Shown: positions 9,995 through 20,565, numbered from the stretch's first letter. The stretch: DNA of 64,000 nt from Candidatus Heimdallarchaeum aukensis (GCA_021513695.1 CP084166.1:1312001-1376000), one strand, 5' to 3'. Notes: generated by a model from the letters alone, not told the origin. Numbers and translations are program-made.

Positions 9995-10177
9995 TTACAT
10001 GTTATGCCTGCGTGAACCCATACTTGTTGGTTGTCCTGGAAACTTTCCTTTAATTACTCTTCTAATATAATTATTTCTGTGTCCTAGTCTTGGTATAGGA
10101 CTAACACGTTCTTTTCCTTGTACTTTTGGCGTTTGTTTTCTTACTTTTCCAGCTTTTTGTAACGAACCGTGACCCAT
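9995..10177 (-). CDS. rps30e: ribosomal protein eS30 (S30e)
   Basis: 60 aa, MGHGSLQKAGKVRKQTPKV...GKERVSPIPRL is the eS30 signature. Confidence 0.75.
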   Translation of the reverse strand: MGHGSLQKAGKVRKQTPKVQGKERVSPIPRLGHRNNYIRRVIKGKFPGQPTSMGSRRHNM

Positions 10178-10221
10178 TTAATCACTTCCACAAATTTCCT
10201 ATTTCATTGCAGATAAGAACT

Positions 10222-10232
10222 ATATAAAAATA
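10222..10232. promoter_or_regulatory. TATA-box-like element (tatataaaaat) about 30 nt upstream of the ncRNA candidate and about 45 nt upstream of the eS30 start on the opposite strand
   Basis: read directly; near-palindromic so could serve either strand. Confidence 0.35.
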
Positions 10233-10261
10233 TTTAGATTTCGTTGAATTCTCAGAAAAAT

Positions 10262-10492
10262 TTGTGCCCAGATAGGAAGGAAATCTTTCTCGATGCTTCA
10301 GAGGTCTGGTAATTGAGGTTATACCTCTTTTGGGGGTTCTGGCAGACTAAAAGTCTGTGTTCTGGGGTTTAGAACTTTGTTAGGAGGTCATTCCTATAAA
10401 AAAGGGGGTGTTTAACCAAACTCATTCGCGCCCTTCACGGAGGGATTGAGCATCGGTTACTCTTCCTATCTGGTTTACACTTCCCTTTTTTA
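10262..10492 (+). ncRNA. GC-rich structured RNA candidate of about 230 nt (SRP/7S RNA or RNase P RNA are candidates; identity and strand unresolved)
   Basis: local GC far above surroundings; 12-bp terminal helix ccagataggaag (10266-10277) / cttcctatctgg (10462-10473); second nested helix cgatgct (10291-10297) / agcatcg (10450-10456); internal hairpins agaggt..acctct and cagact-aaa-agtctg; T-run at 10484-10490 on +; TATA-like box upstream. Confidence 0.45.
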
Positions 10493-10571
10493 GCTCTAAC
10501 TCATCAAAGTATCCACAACATTATTTATAAATCTTTTTCTGATTGTAACGTATATTTAAGAAAGAAAAAAA

Positions 10572-11759
10572 TTATAAAATGTCTTTAAAGCTATTTAAAA
10601 AACCAAGAAGAGCGTAAATAGCTGTTCCTTTCCAAAGTACACTTTCATCTACATCGAATTTCGGATGGTGATGAGGTGCGATTATTCCTTTTTCTTCATT
10701 TCTTACTCCAAGTGTAATAAAAGCTCCTTTGGTCTTTTTTACATAATAAGCAAAATCTTCTCCCCCCATCGTCATTTTTGCTTCACCGACATTGTCTAAA
10801 GCTGAAAGAGTTTTTTTCGCAAGTTCCACTGCTTCTTTATTATTAACTACAGGAGGATAGGTAGGATCATGGAATTTTATTTCAGCTTTGCATCTCCAAG
10901 CTTTACTATAACCTTCTGCTACTTCTATCAATCTATTAATAATATGTTCTCTCACCTCTTCATTAAAAGTTCTAAATGTACCTTCTAAAACTGCTCTAGC
11001 TGGAATTATGTTATGAGCATCACTTCCTGACAGTCTTGGGCTTGATAAAACTACATGTTCCAAAGGATCAATTTCTCTAGAAATTATCTTTTGAAGAGCA
11101 TTATAAATGTCCACTAGCACGGAGGTAGGGTCGAAAGTTTCATGAGGAGATGCGGCATGCCCTCCTTTTCCTGTTACTGTAATTATAAAACTGTCTGAAG
11201 AAGCTAAAAATGGTCCGACACGAGTTTCAATTTTTCCTGCATCATTATCGCCCCACACATGCAATCCATACACATAATCTACATCATCAAGTATTCCTTC
11301 CTCTGCAACTATTTTTCCTCCTCCATCTCCTTCTTCTGCTGGTTGAAAAATCAATTTTACTTTTCCTTCTAATTTATCCTTGTAGTCGTAGATTATTTTT
11401 GCTGCACCTAATAACATTGCAGTATGTGCGTCGTGACCACAAGCATGCATTTTTCCTTCATTTTTACTTTTATACTCTACTTCATTTTCTTCCTGAACAT
11501 TTAAAGCATCAATATCAGCTCTTAAACCAATAGTATAACCTTGTTTTTCTCCTTCTAATATAGCTAATACACCTGTTTTTGCTATTTTCTTTGTTTCATA
11601 ACCTATTTTTTGCAGTTCTTTTTCAATAAAAGCTTGAGTTTCATATTCTTCAAAAGCTGTTTCAGGGTGCATATGCAAATGTCTACGCTTTTCAATTATA
11701 TAGGAACTTAACTCTTTTGCCTTATTTATAATATCTTTTTTTAATTCCTCATTACTCAT
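10572..11759 (-). CDS. M20D-family amidohydrolase (aminoacylase / hippurate hydrolase type)
   Basis: metal-binding motif HACGHDAHTAMLLGAA; typical M20 dimerisation insert; 395 aa. Confidence 0.8.
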   Translation of the reverse strand: MSNEELKKDIINKAKELSSYIIEKRRHLHMHPETAFEEYETQAFIEKELQKIGYETKKIAKTGVLAILEGEKQGYTIGLRADIDALNVQEENEVEYKSKNEGKMHACGHDAHTAMLLGAAKIIYDYKDKLEGKVKLIFQPAEEGDGGGKIVAEEGILDDVDYVYGLHVWGDNDAGKIETRVGPFLASSDSFIITVTGKGGHAASPHETFDPTSVLVDIYNALQKIISREIDPLEHVVLSSPRLSGSDAHNIIPARAVLEGTFRTFNEEVREHIINRLIEVAEGYSKAWRCKAEIKFHDPTYPPVVNNKEAVELAKKTLSALDNVGEAKMTMGGEDFAYYVKKTKGAFITLGVRNEEKGIIAPHHHPKFDVDESVLWKGTAIYALLGFLNSFKDIL

Positions 11760-11918
11760 TTAAGTCACTCCTAACTTAATAGAAAAATGAAAAGTTTTGT
11801 TTAAAAAATTTTTTGAACAAAAAGAGTATAATCAATTTTCAAAAAAGATAAATTTGTTGATATGCCATTTCTCGCCAAAAAGTAGTATTAATAAGCGTTT
11901 AAAGAAATTTCATCAAGA

Positions 11919-13781
11919 GTGTATAAGATGACAAAAAATTCTAAGATTCCTGAAGAACGAAAAAAGAAGATACCTAAAGGGCTTATTTATTTACTTGCTT
12001 TAATTTTTATTATCACAGCAATTTTTGCGATAATAGTTTTTGTCCCACAACCACCACCTACAAATGCTCTTTTTTCTGTATCTATTAGGTCATACACAAC
12101 AGGTTATGAAAAAAGCTATTATTCTGAGTATTCTACAACTATACAAACAAATTTAGGATTAATAGGAATAAATGCAGAAGTAAAGAGTACAGATTATGCA
12201 ACATTTTTGGATAAAGTAGTAGTAAACAAAGATTATGATTTAGCCATCTTAGAATTTGAGATGGAAAGCTCTCCTCATCTTGAAGTATTATTTAGAGAAA
12301 ACGCGAGCTTAAATATTTTCAATTACAAAAATGATTTAGATAATAGTTATGTTATAAATAAGATAAATTTAGCAGAAAAAACAATTGACTTTGAAGAAAG
12401 ACGAAATATCTATTTTGACATTCAAACATATTTAATGAAGGATGTACTACCTTTTGTTCCTTTGTTCACTCCTGTAAACACCTTTGCTTATTGGAAACAA
12501 GTAAATAATTTCTCTGCAGAATTAGGTCTATCAGACAGTCTTCCTTACATGTACCTATCTGATGCTTCAAAAGAGCAATTAAAAGTTGGAATAGGTTATT
12601 GGAACAATATTGACCCTTTAAACTCTAAAAGAACTTCAGAAAAACAACTAGTTTCTCTCTTCATGGACAAATTAATCAAAACTGCATCTGATGGTTCTAT
12701 TATCGGTGGGGGATTAATTAAAAAATGGAAATTTGAAAATGAAACCACATTACTACTTACAATCAGATCAAATGTTTATTGGCAACAAGATGTTGATAAA
12801 GAATATACTGATGAACAGTTTACTATAGATGATGTCATTTTTACTTTAAATGTCTTCAAAAGCCCTTATGTGAATAATGAATATCACCAATATGATTGGA
12901 TCAAAAAGATTACAAAAGTTAACGAAACAACAATAGCGATTGCAATAGACTCAGATAGAGAAACAAAGGAAAACGACCCTTATGCTTACGCTTTAGATGA
13001 TTTAAGCATTTATGCTCTTCCAGAGCATTATCTTAATGTTACTGGTTCTTGGGAAGGAATAACTAGTTCAACAAACTGGGTAAAATTTAGTTCCTATCCT
13101 TTTGGAACAGGGAAGTATAAAATAAACTTTGAAGAAACAGAAAAGGGAGTAACAATTGTTCTTGATAAATTTGAGAAATGGCATGGAGCAGGAGTAATTC
13201 CTAATTCTCCTACAGATCTAAACATTCAAACTTTATGGATAAATACGTATAGAGATAATTATGCTCTTCTGCTTTCTTTACAAAATAAAGATGTAGATTT
13301 TGCTATTTTTGGAAAAGATTCACAAATAGCAAACCCTGTATCAAATTCAGAAATAGAAATTCAACATTCTCCATCTAACTCAATAGTTGTATTAGCATTT
13401 AATTTAGATAACAAATACTTTGGAGGAGATAATAATTTTGTAAATACAACAGAAGAATCAGTTTCTAAAGCGTTGGCTGTTAGAAAAGCAATTGCTTACG
13501 CGGTCAATAGAGAACAGTTAAACGAAGGTTTTCACGATAGTTTCTATATTATAACAGATACAATAATACCCTATGGTACAAAATACTATTATTCAGGAAC
13601 AGAGAAATATGATTTTTCAATTCAAAAGGCCATAAATTACTTGGAGATAGCTGGATTTTCAGCAAAAACAGAGAACAACACAGAAACTAGTACAGCTCCT
13701 GGGACATTATGGTTTTCATCTTTTGCCGTCCTGTTTATTTCAACAACAAAAATAATACTTCGGCATAAAAAAGAGAGATAA
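11919..13781 (+). CDS. family-5 (oligopeptide/nickel type) solute-binding protein homologue with N-terminal TM and C-terminal TM plus basic tail; no permease genes adjacent
   Basis: KAIAYAVNREQLNEGF motif typical of SBP_bac_5; C-terminus LWFSSFAVLFISTTKIILRHKKER. Confidence 0.55.
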   Translation: MYKMTKNSKIPEERKKKIPKGLIYLLALIFIITAIFAIIVFVPQPPPTNALFSVSIRSYTTGYEKSYYSEYSTTIQTNLGLIGINAEVKSTDYATFLDKVVVNKDYDLAILEFEMESSPHLEVLFRENASLNIFNYKNDLDNSYVINKINLAEKTIDFEERRNIYFDIQTYLMKDVLPFVPLFTPVNTFAYWKQVNNFSAELGLSDSLPYMYLSDASKEQLKVGIGYWNNIDPLNSKRTSEKQLVSLFMDKLIKTASDGSIIGGGLIKKWKFENETTLLLTIRSNVYWQQDVDKEYTDEQFTIDDVIFTLNVFKSPYVNNEYHQYDWIKKITKVNETTIAIAIDSDRETKENDPYAYALDDLSIYALPEHYLNVTGSWEGITSSTNWVKFSSYPFGTGKYKINFEETEKGVTIVLDKFEKWHGAGVIPNSPTDLNIQTLWINTYRDNYALLLSLQNKDVDFAIFGKDSQIANPVSNSEIEIQHSPSNSIVVLAFNLDNKYFGGDNNFVNTTEESVSKALAVRKAIAYAVNREQLNEGFHDSFYIITDTIIPYGTKYYYSGTEKYDFSIQKAINYLEIAGFSAKTENNTETSTAPGTLWFSSFAVLFISTTKIILRHKKER

Positions 13782-13870
13782 AGCATGAAGCAGTCTAAAT
13801 AACATTTTTCTGATTAATAATGAAATTTTGGTAAATAGAAAGTTTTTTTAGAGAATCATAGGATTGTAAA

Positions 13871-14893
13871 ATGATTTGTTTGAAAAAATTAGACATGAAG
13901 TTTTTTGAAACACTTTTTGATATTATGCCAAATTTAGTAGTAATTCTTGATAATAAGGGGCATATAATTAAGTTCAATAAAAAAGCTGAAATAGTAACAG
14001 GATACAAAGAAGAAGAAGTATTACACAAAAATATTTTTGACATATTTATATTAAAAGAGGAACTAGAAGACGTTAAAGGTGTTTTTTCTCAATTAAAAAG
14101 AAAAAATTTTCCAAATCGTTTTGTAAATTCATGGATTACGAAGAATGGTGAAAAAAGGCTTATCTCATGGAATAATACTTGTAAAATTGATGAAAATGAT
14201 GAAATTAGTTTTATAATATCTATTGGGACAGATGTTACTGAAAAGGTAAAAGATGCGGAGCGGATGCAAAAAATGTATGATAAAATCGAAATAATTAATA
14301 AAATCCTTATTCATGATTTGCAAAATTCCTTATCAGTATTGCAAGGTTACCTAGATTTATACGAGGAAACAAAAGATGACTTATATCTACAAAATATAAA
14401 AAGAATAGTTGAAGAGAATTTTAAAACATTAAAAAGAATGGAAACTGCCACACAGAGTTCAGAAGAGTTTAAACAAAAAAGAGTGAAATTATCTAAAATC
14501 TTTGAAGAAATAGAAGAAAGATATCAGTTTTTCTCTGACTTAATTATTCATTTTGATAATGTAATAGATACTGAAATAGAAGTAGATGATAGTTTATATT
14601 CAATATTCGACAATTTATTAATGAACTCGATTATGCATGGAAATGCGAAGAACATTTTCATTTCATCATTCAAAAACGATAATAAAATAAGTATAATCCT
14701 TGAAGATGATGGCAAAATAAGCAAATTGGATATAAAGAAAATAATAAAGGATCTTGATTCCTATTCTTTAGGAAAATATTCAGGTTTAGCATTAGTTGGC
14801 AAATTACTGAAAAATTTAAATGGAGATATCTCTGTTTCAGAAAATGAACAAGGTGGAATTAGAATAATATTGTCTTTTCCAGAGTCAGATTAA
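13871..14893 (+). CDS. PAS-domain sensor histidine kinase
   Basis: N-terminal PAS-like region; H-box HDLQNSLSVLQGYLDL; C-terminal HATPase region (GLALVGKLLKNLNGDISV). Confidence 0.65.
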   Translation: MICLKKLDMKFFETLFDIMPNLVVILDNKGHIIKFNKKAEIVTGYKEEEVLHKNIFDIFILKEELEDVKGVFSQLKRKNFPNRFVNSWITKNGEKRLISWNNTCKIDENDEISFIISIGTDVTEKVKDAERMQKMYDKIEIINKILIHDLQNSLSVLQGYLDLYEETKDDLYLQNIKRIVEENFKTLKRMETATQSSEEFKQKRVKLSKIFEEIEERYQFFSDLIIHFDNVIDTEIEVDDSLYSIFDNLLMNSIMHGNAKNIFISSFKNDNKISIILEDDGKISKLDIKKIIKDLDSYSLGKYSGLALVGKLLKNLNGDISVSENEQGGIRIILSFPESD

Positions 14894-15066
14894 ATTTAGT
14901 TATTTTACATTATTTTTACCTAAAAAGTTCTTTATTAGTTAGTTTTATACTCTGGTCTAAAAAGTTAAAGACAAGCATTGTTTTACAAGTTCAAGTTCTT
15001 AAAATAGCTTAAAAAAGTATAATTCAGAAAAGTATTTAGTCGGATAATAATAGTAATACTAGTAAG

Positions 15067-15855
15067 ATGAAAGCTCTTTCAATACAAAAGTTCTTAGAAG
15101 ATATTGAAAAATTTGGATTAAGTAAAACATATATTGATTTACTCTCAAAGAACAAAGAACTCTTTTCAAAAGAAAAAATAACAGAGATATTAACTGAAAA
15201 TCTTAATATTTACACAGATTACTCTGTATTACTTGATTTTCTGAATTATGTTTGGTCAAAAGAAAATTCGAGTCCTCTTTTACTTTATTATTTATCAGGC
15301 ATAGTTCATCGCTTGTTTTATCTAACAAGAGAATATTTCGAAAAAAAAGAGAATCACTTAGAACAATCAAAAAAGCATGTGTCGTCAATATTGTCTAAAT
15401 TAGAAAAAGTCAACCCTAATAGTTCATACAAAGAACAGAATAGCAATAAAGAAAGAAAAGAGAAAGGCACAAACTTTCATTCTGCTAGAGATTTTATTTT
15501 GTTTTTGAAAAGTATTCCTAAAATCGATGAAAATTTGTTTAAATGTTTAAAAATTACTGGAAAACTTTTTTTTTCTTTGCTTTCTTTCCCCCAGCAACAA
15601 ATATGTAATGCAAATGATCAAGCCATGTATATATCGCGAGTTTTTCTGTTATGGAAGTTAAATGCGCTGACTGATCAACAAATGATTAAGATTTTTGAAT
15701 ATTTAAAGAATAACCAAAAAAATGACATTTCATTAGATGAATTTACTAATATTCTTTTTTTAGAATTCAAAAACTATCAGTTTTTACAATTAGGAATAAA
15801 TAGAGAGATAGTTTCTTACATTGCACAATTTATTCTTTCTAGTTTTGAGAAGTGA
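15067..15855 (+). CDS. hypothetical protein
   Basis: 262-aa ORF, Lys/Asn-rich, no recognisable motif. Confidence 0.4.
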   Translation: MKALSIQKFLEDIEKFGLSKTYIDLLSKNKELFSKEKITEILTENLNIYTDYSVLLDFLNYVWSKENSSPLLLYYLSGIVHRLFYLTREYFEKKENHLEQSKKHVSSILSKLEKVNPNSSYKEQNSNKERKEKGTNFHSARDFILFLKSIPKIDENLFKCLKITGKLFFSLLSFPQQQICNANDQAMYISRVFLLWKLNALTDQQMIKIFEYLKNNQKNDISLDEFTNILFLEFKNYQFLQLGINREIVSYIAQFILSSFEK

Positions 15856-15953
15856 CAGCTATATAGTAGAGTTAGGTAACAAATTAGCCTATTTTGAACT
15901 TTTTTTTATTTTTATTACGAAATGCTTTTAAAAATTATCGTTTCAATTGAAGC

Positions 15954-17123
15954 ATGGAACTTTCTGTTTTCCTTTCAGTTATAGAAGTTGGTCCCCCGTA
16001 TATAGGCTCACTAGCAGGAACACGTCGTTATGCTTATTCTCTAATTAATTCTTTGGCTTTACAAGGGATTAATATTACTGTGGTTTCTACAAACAAACTG
16101 GATAGTAAAGACGAGTTATTAGATCAACCAAATATCAAATTTTATTATATAAAACCCCGTAAGAAAAGAAAAGAAGGATACAGAAAGAATATTAGTTCTA
16201 TAAAGAGAGAGAGTAAATATTTTTCTAAAAAATCTTTAGAATACTTCTTAGAACTACAAAAAAAACAGAAGTTCCATATTATTCATACAATTGATTTTTC
16301 CTCTTTAGCTTTTATTAAAGCTAAAAAAGAAGATAAAATTATAACACCTGTTATTGCTTCGATAAGCAATCCAATTATTGCTTATTATTTAAAAAGAAAG
16401 CATGTCAACTGTTTAGATCAAATAATTTATACTAATAAAAAATCAAAAGAGAAATCTTTAAGGTTATTTCCAAATACAGGAAATAAAAGTGTGGTCATAC
16501 CATTATCAATAGATTGTACGAGATTTTCTCAAATACCAAAAATTGAGGATATAGATGAATTTACTCAAAAATATGATTTACAACGAGAGCGAGACATTAT
16601 TCTTATCCTTGGACCCTTTATTCCTCGAAAGAAACAAAAAGAACTTGTTTCTCTTTTCCCAAGAATTGTTCAGAGAAATCCCAACTGCTTTTTCTTGTTC
16701 TGTGGAGAAGGGCCTACTCTTACATCCATTAAAGAAAAAATAATTAGTTACCATTTAGAAGATTATTCAAGCTTTACAGGATACATTACTGAAGATGAGT
16801 TACAGATCGCTTATCACATTAGTTCAGTATTAATTTATCCAGCAGAAAGTGGAAGTTTTGGGACTCCAATAATTGAATCTTTAGCATCAGGACTTCCAGT
16901 CATAGCTGCAGATAAACCACCCATGAATGAGATAGTAAGTAAAGAGTATTTATATTCCATAGAAAATAGAGATAAAATAGTAGATATTATTATTTCTACA
17001 ATTGAAAAAAGAAAGAATGAAAATATAAGCACATTCGACTTACAAAAGGACGCTATTAAAGAATATCACCATACTATAGTTGGTAAAAAAATTTTGAAAC
17101 TATACGAAAAAATAGTTGAGTAG
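15954..17123 (+). CDS. GT4-family glycosyltransferase (glycosyl transferase group 1)
   Basis: C-terminal motif ESGSFGTPIIESLASGLPVIA (E-x7-E GT4 signature). Confidence 0.7.
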   Translation: MELSVFLSVIEVGPPYIGSLAGTRRYAYSLINSLALQGINITVVSTNKLDSKDELLDQPNIKFYYIKPRKKRKEGYRKNISSIKRESKYFSKKSLEYFLELQKKQKFHIIHTIDFSSLAFIKAKKEDKIITPVIASISNPIIAYYLKRKHVNCLDQIIYTNKKSKEKSLRLFPNTGNKSVVIPLSIDCTRFSQIPKIEDIDEFTQKYDLQRERDIILILGPFIPRKKQKELVSLFPRIVQRNPNCFFLFCGEGPTLTSIKEKIISYHLEDYSSFTGYITEDELQIAYHISSVLIYPAESGSFGTPIIESLASGLPVIAADKPPMNEIVSKEYLYSIENRDKIVDIIISTIEKRKNENISTFDLQKDAIKEYHHTIVGKKILKLYEKIVE

Positions 17124-17205
17124 AAAATTAAAATAATTTCTGCTCAATATGAGAAAAATCATTTCTTTTGCTACAAAGAAATGGAGATAGGTTTAAATAA
17201 TTGTC

Positions 17206-17823
17206 TTGATAAAAGACAAATGTATCATGTCAGCAAAATATTTCTGTCCTAACTGTGGTGCAGCAGTCACCCCAGAAGATAAATTTTGTCAGAACTGCGG
17301 AACAAAACTAGAAAATGTACAAGGAGTTTCTGCTCCAGCTTATCAAGCTCCAGTCTCACAATCTGGTCCAGTAACACCTGCTCCACCATATCAACAACCG
17401 AGTCAACAATATCAACCTTATCAACCTTATGTTGAAAGTCAAAGAATACAACAAGTTCGCGTGGTAGATCCTTCTCAATATATGCAAATAAAAGCTTCTT
17501 TAGGCAACAGATGTTTAGCCAATTTGATTGATTCTATAATTTGGTCTTTGATTTCTAGTTTTACGGGAGGGCTAGGTGCTTGTGCTGTACCTTTTAAAGA
17601 CTCTATCCCAGAAGAAGGTAAATCTTTTGGAAAACAAGCAATGCATATACGAGTAGTAGATTATAACACAGGTAAAGCAATGACTGTTGGTCAAGGATTT
17701 GTAAGAAATTGCTTAGGTTATTTAGTAACGCTAGGATTTGATATTTTCGTTCCTATTTGTACAAGTGATGGCAGAAGAGTTGGAGATTACCTAGCAGGAA
17801 CAATAGTAATCGAAGATATGTAA
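17206..17823 (+). CDS. zinc-ribbon plus Pro/Gln-rich linker plus RDD-family membrane domain protein
   Basis: CPNCGAAVTPEDKFCQNCG; PQ-rich low-complexity stretch; C-terminal hydrophobic RDD-like region. Confidence 0.5.
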   Translation: MIKDKCIMSAKYFCPNCGAAVTPEDKFCQNCGTKLENVQGVSAPAYQAPVSQSGPVTPAPPYQQPSQQYQPYQPYVESQRIQQVRVVDPSQYMQIKASLGNRCLANLIDSIIWSLISSFTGGLGACAVPFKDSIPEEGKSFGKQAMHIRVVDYNTGKAMTVGQGFVRNCLGYLVTLGFDIFVPICTSDGRRVGDYLAGTIVIEDM

Positions 17824-17840
17824 TCGTTCAATTTTTTTGG

Positions 17841-19937
17841 TTGCTTCCGATGGTTGATAACAAGTTAAAGCAAATAAAAGAATTATTCAAAAAGGGGTAT
17901 TTTAGTGAAATTTTGTCTATTATTCAAGAGAAACTCTCTGAAGCAGATAATAGACAAAATTTATGGGAGTACTATTTCTATTTAGCACAAGTTCAATATA
18001 TGCTTGCAAAGAACAAAGATGCTTTAAAAGCTATAGAAAAAACCTTATCTCTCATTAAAGAGATCCAAATTGAAACTAAGAGCGTAATAGAAATTCAGAT
18101 TATGTATGGTAAGATTTTAAGAAGAAACAGGAAACTTCAGGAAGCAAGGCAAGTATATTTAGATTTATTAAGAAAGGAAGAAAAAGACATTAGTAAAGAG
18201 ACAAAAATAGTTATTTTTCATAATTTAGCTAATGTTTATTTAGAATTAAAAGAATACAAAGAAGCCGAGAAACTACTAAAAAAAGCTTTATCCCTCTCTA
18301 AAGAATTAAAAAAAGAAGAAAAAATAGCTACAGTATATTCAAGTTTTGCTGCTTTTAAATACTTATTAGGCGAAGTAGATACAGCCTTAGAGTACTATTT
18401 AAAAAGCCTAGATATTCGAGAAAAACTTCAAGATGAGCAAGGAAAAGCAATGTTATATTTCAACATTGGAACAATATATTCTAATATACAAAATAGAGAA
18501 AATGCTGAAAAATATCTTTTAAATGCTATAAAATTATTCAAATCTACGAACAATTCCAAAGGAGAGACTGCAGCAAAAGAAACACTAGCAACAATGTATT
18601 ATAATTTAGGTAAAATAGATGAAACTATTAAGTGGTTAGATCATCTTATAGACGTTCCTGAGTATAACCCTAAACAACTTCAAAAGGTATCTATACTTAT
18701 TGACTGCCTTTTACAACGAAATCAAATTAAACCACTAGAAAATATTTTATTAAAATCAATTAACTCAATAAACAATTTAGAAAAAAATATCTTAGAGAAG
18801 TATTGGAAAGAAATTTTTCGGATTAAATATATCTATGTTACCTTTATTTTAGAAAAAGAAGACCAAGAAAAGGCTTTAGAAATGCTAGAAGAACTAAAAA
18901 ATGAAGAAAGCTTAAGAAACAATTGGGATAATATAATTCTTGTAAGCTTAGAAAAAGCACGCATATATGAAAACATGTCGAATTTAGAACATGCAATCAA
19001 TGAATTAGAAATTGTAGAAGAAATTGGAAAAAAACAAAAAAGAAATATTAAACTAGTTATGATAAAGGAAAGCCAAATATATTTTAGATTAGGAAAATAT
19101 AAGAAAACGCTTAAGAAACTTGAGAACGTAAGAGATTTAGTTGAAAACAGGCATAAATATATCATTGAAACAATTATTCGTTCTTTGAAAATAGCTTTAA
19201 AACAAAAACTTATAGATTCAACAAAATTATTAGAATCAAATTTCAAAGATATTGATTATGAATTAGTTTTCTTACAAGACATATTAGTTCAAATTCAGAA
19301 AAATAGTTTGAAGATCAAGAATGTTGACAAATTATGCAAGAAAATAGGAATATGTAGTGAAAAACTTACTTTTTCAAACTATCTCTTGATTCACAAATTA
19401 TTAACAAATGAGGAGCTCGACAGAGAACTTTATTTGGAAAGCAATTCAAGATTAGAACAAATTTACAGAAGAGTTATTGAAAATCAAATACTTCCTGAAG
19501 AATTTAGAGAACATTTTGAAAAATCATTTCAAAGTGATTCTTGGGATTATAAAGAAAAGAGTAGAATTCTAGACATTTTATGTATAGGAGTTTTGAATGA
19601 CTTAATATCAAAAAATGTAATTTCACAAGTCTCTTGGAAAAAAGAAGAAAAGGCAATTAATGAAAGTTTATTGAAAATAAAGAAAATATTATACACAAGG
19701 CTCATTGAAGCTCATTCGCTATATGATTTCCAATTAGAGAATGAAGAAAAAGGAGTGTTCCTATTAAAAGAATCACAGCAATTTATTAGACAGTTGATTT
19801 ATACAATAACAGATTTTATAAAAAGTAATTTTTCGGAATTTACAAGAGAACAAATTCAAACCTATCTGTTTATCGTTGTGAAAGTAACCATAGGAACAAT
19901 TGAACAATTATTTTTAGTTGATTTTAATGAAAGATAA
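17841..19937 (+). CDS. TPR-repeat protein
   Basis: repeated 34-aa degenerate TPR units (e.g. LANVYLELKEYKEAEKLLKKALSL). Confidence 0.65.
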   Translation: MLPMVDNKLKQIKELFKKGYFSEILSIIQEKLSEADNRQNLWEYYFYLAQVQYMLAKNKDALKAIEKTLSLIKEIQIETKSVIEIQIMYGKILRRNRKLQEARQVYLDLLRKEEKDISKETKIVIFHNLANVYLELKEYKEAEKLLKKALSLSKELKKEEKIATVYSSFAAFKYLLGEVDTALEYYLKSLDIREKLQDEQGKAMLYFNIGTIYSNIQNRENAEKYLLNAIKLFKSTNNSKGETAAKETLATMYYNLGKIDETIKWLDHLIDVPEYNPKQLQKVSILIDCLLQRNQIKPLENILLKSINSINNLEKNILEKYWKEIFRIKYIYVTFILEKEDQEKALEMLEELKNEESLRNNWDNIILVSLEKARIYENMSNLEHAINELEIVEEIGKKQKRNIKLVMIKESQIYFRLGKYKKTLKKLENVRDLVENRHKYIIETIIRSLKIALKQKLIDSTKLLESNFKDIDYELVFLQDILVQIQKNSLKIKNVDKLCKKIGICSEKLTFSNYLLIHKLLTNEELDRELYLESNSRLEQIYRRVIENQILPEEFREHFEKSFQSDSWDYKEKSRILDILCIGVLNDLISKNVISQVSWKKEEKAINESLLKIKKILYTRLIEAHSLYDFQLENEEKGVFLLKESQQFIRQLIYTITDFIKSNFSEFTREQIQTYLFIVVKVTIGTIEQLFLVDFNER

Positions 19938-20508
19938 TAAAGCTAAAGCTAGGTGGATGCTTTATCCATATCGCCTTGCTCATCACCCAACATGTGAAAA
20001 GTACAAAGATCATGTTTACACAATAAAAGGAATAAAAGTTTGCAGAGGATGCTTTAACCTCTACCTGGGTCAGATAGTTGGTTTAATTTTAGCCTTTATT
20101 CTAAGTTTTGTTTTAGATGTAGAATTCTGGATACCTTTTATTTTAACTTATGTTCTCTATTCTTTTACACTTCTTAATCTAAAGTTCGAAATTCCTAGAT
20201 TAATTAAAGACTTTTTCAGATTTTTATTAGGTATTGCAGTAATTATGTCTTATTTAACTGTAATACTATCAATATTTGAACTAATTAAAGGAATAAATAT
20301 CCTTGCTATAGTCTCACTTTTTTTAGTTGGATTAACACACCTTTTATCAAGAACACTATTAGTGAAATGGAGAAATGGTCAAAATAGAAAAATCTGTCTC
20401 AGTTGTGAACAATATCATCTTCCTCGATGTGAAGGAATGAAATTAGCATACGATAGAATGATTTCTCTTCAAGTCTCAGAGTTAGGAGATGCTTTTAGTG
20501 ACGATTGA
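19918..20508 (+). CDS. integral membrane protein with two Cys clusters
   Basis: CRGCFNLY ... CLSCEQYHLPRC flanking 3-4 TM helices. Confidence 0.4.
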   Translation: MILMKDNKAKARWMLYPYRLAHHPTCEKYKDHVYTIKGIKVCRGCFNLYLGQIVGLILAFILSFVLDVEFWIPFILTYVLYSFTLLNLKFEIPRLIKDFFRFLLGIAVIMSYLTVILSIFELIKGINILAIVSLFLVGLTHLLSRTLLVKWRNGQNRKICLSCEQYHLPRCEGMKLAYDRMISLQVSELGDAFSDD

Positions 20509-20565
20509 AATTCTTTCCTTACAAAAAAGTTTTAAAAAAAAATTAGAGCCTTTCTTGAATATTAA

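Noticed and set aside
10262-10492. Possibility that the GC-rich element is a tRNA or C/D-box sRNA
   Set aside because: There is no T-loop (GTTCRANYC) or acceptor-stem/anticodon arrangement. There is no C (RUGAUGA) / D (CUGA) box pairing at the ends. It is kept as a structured ncRNA of unresolved family instead.
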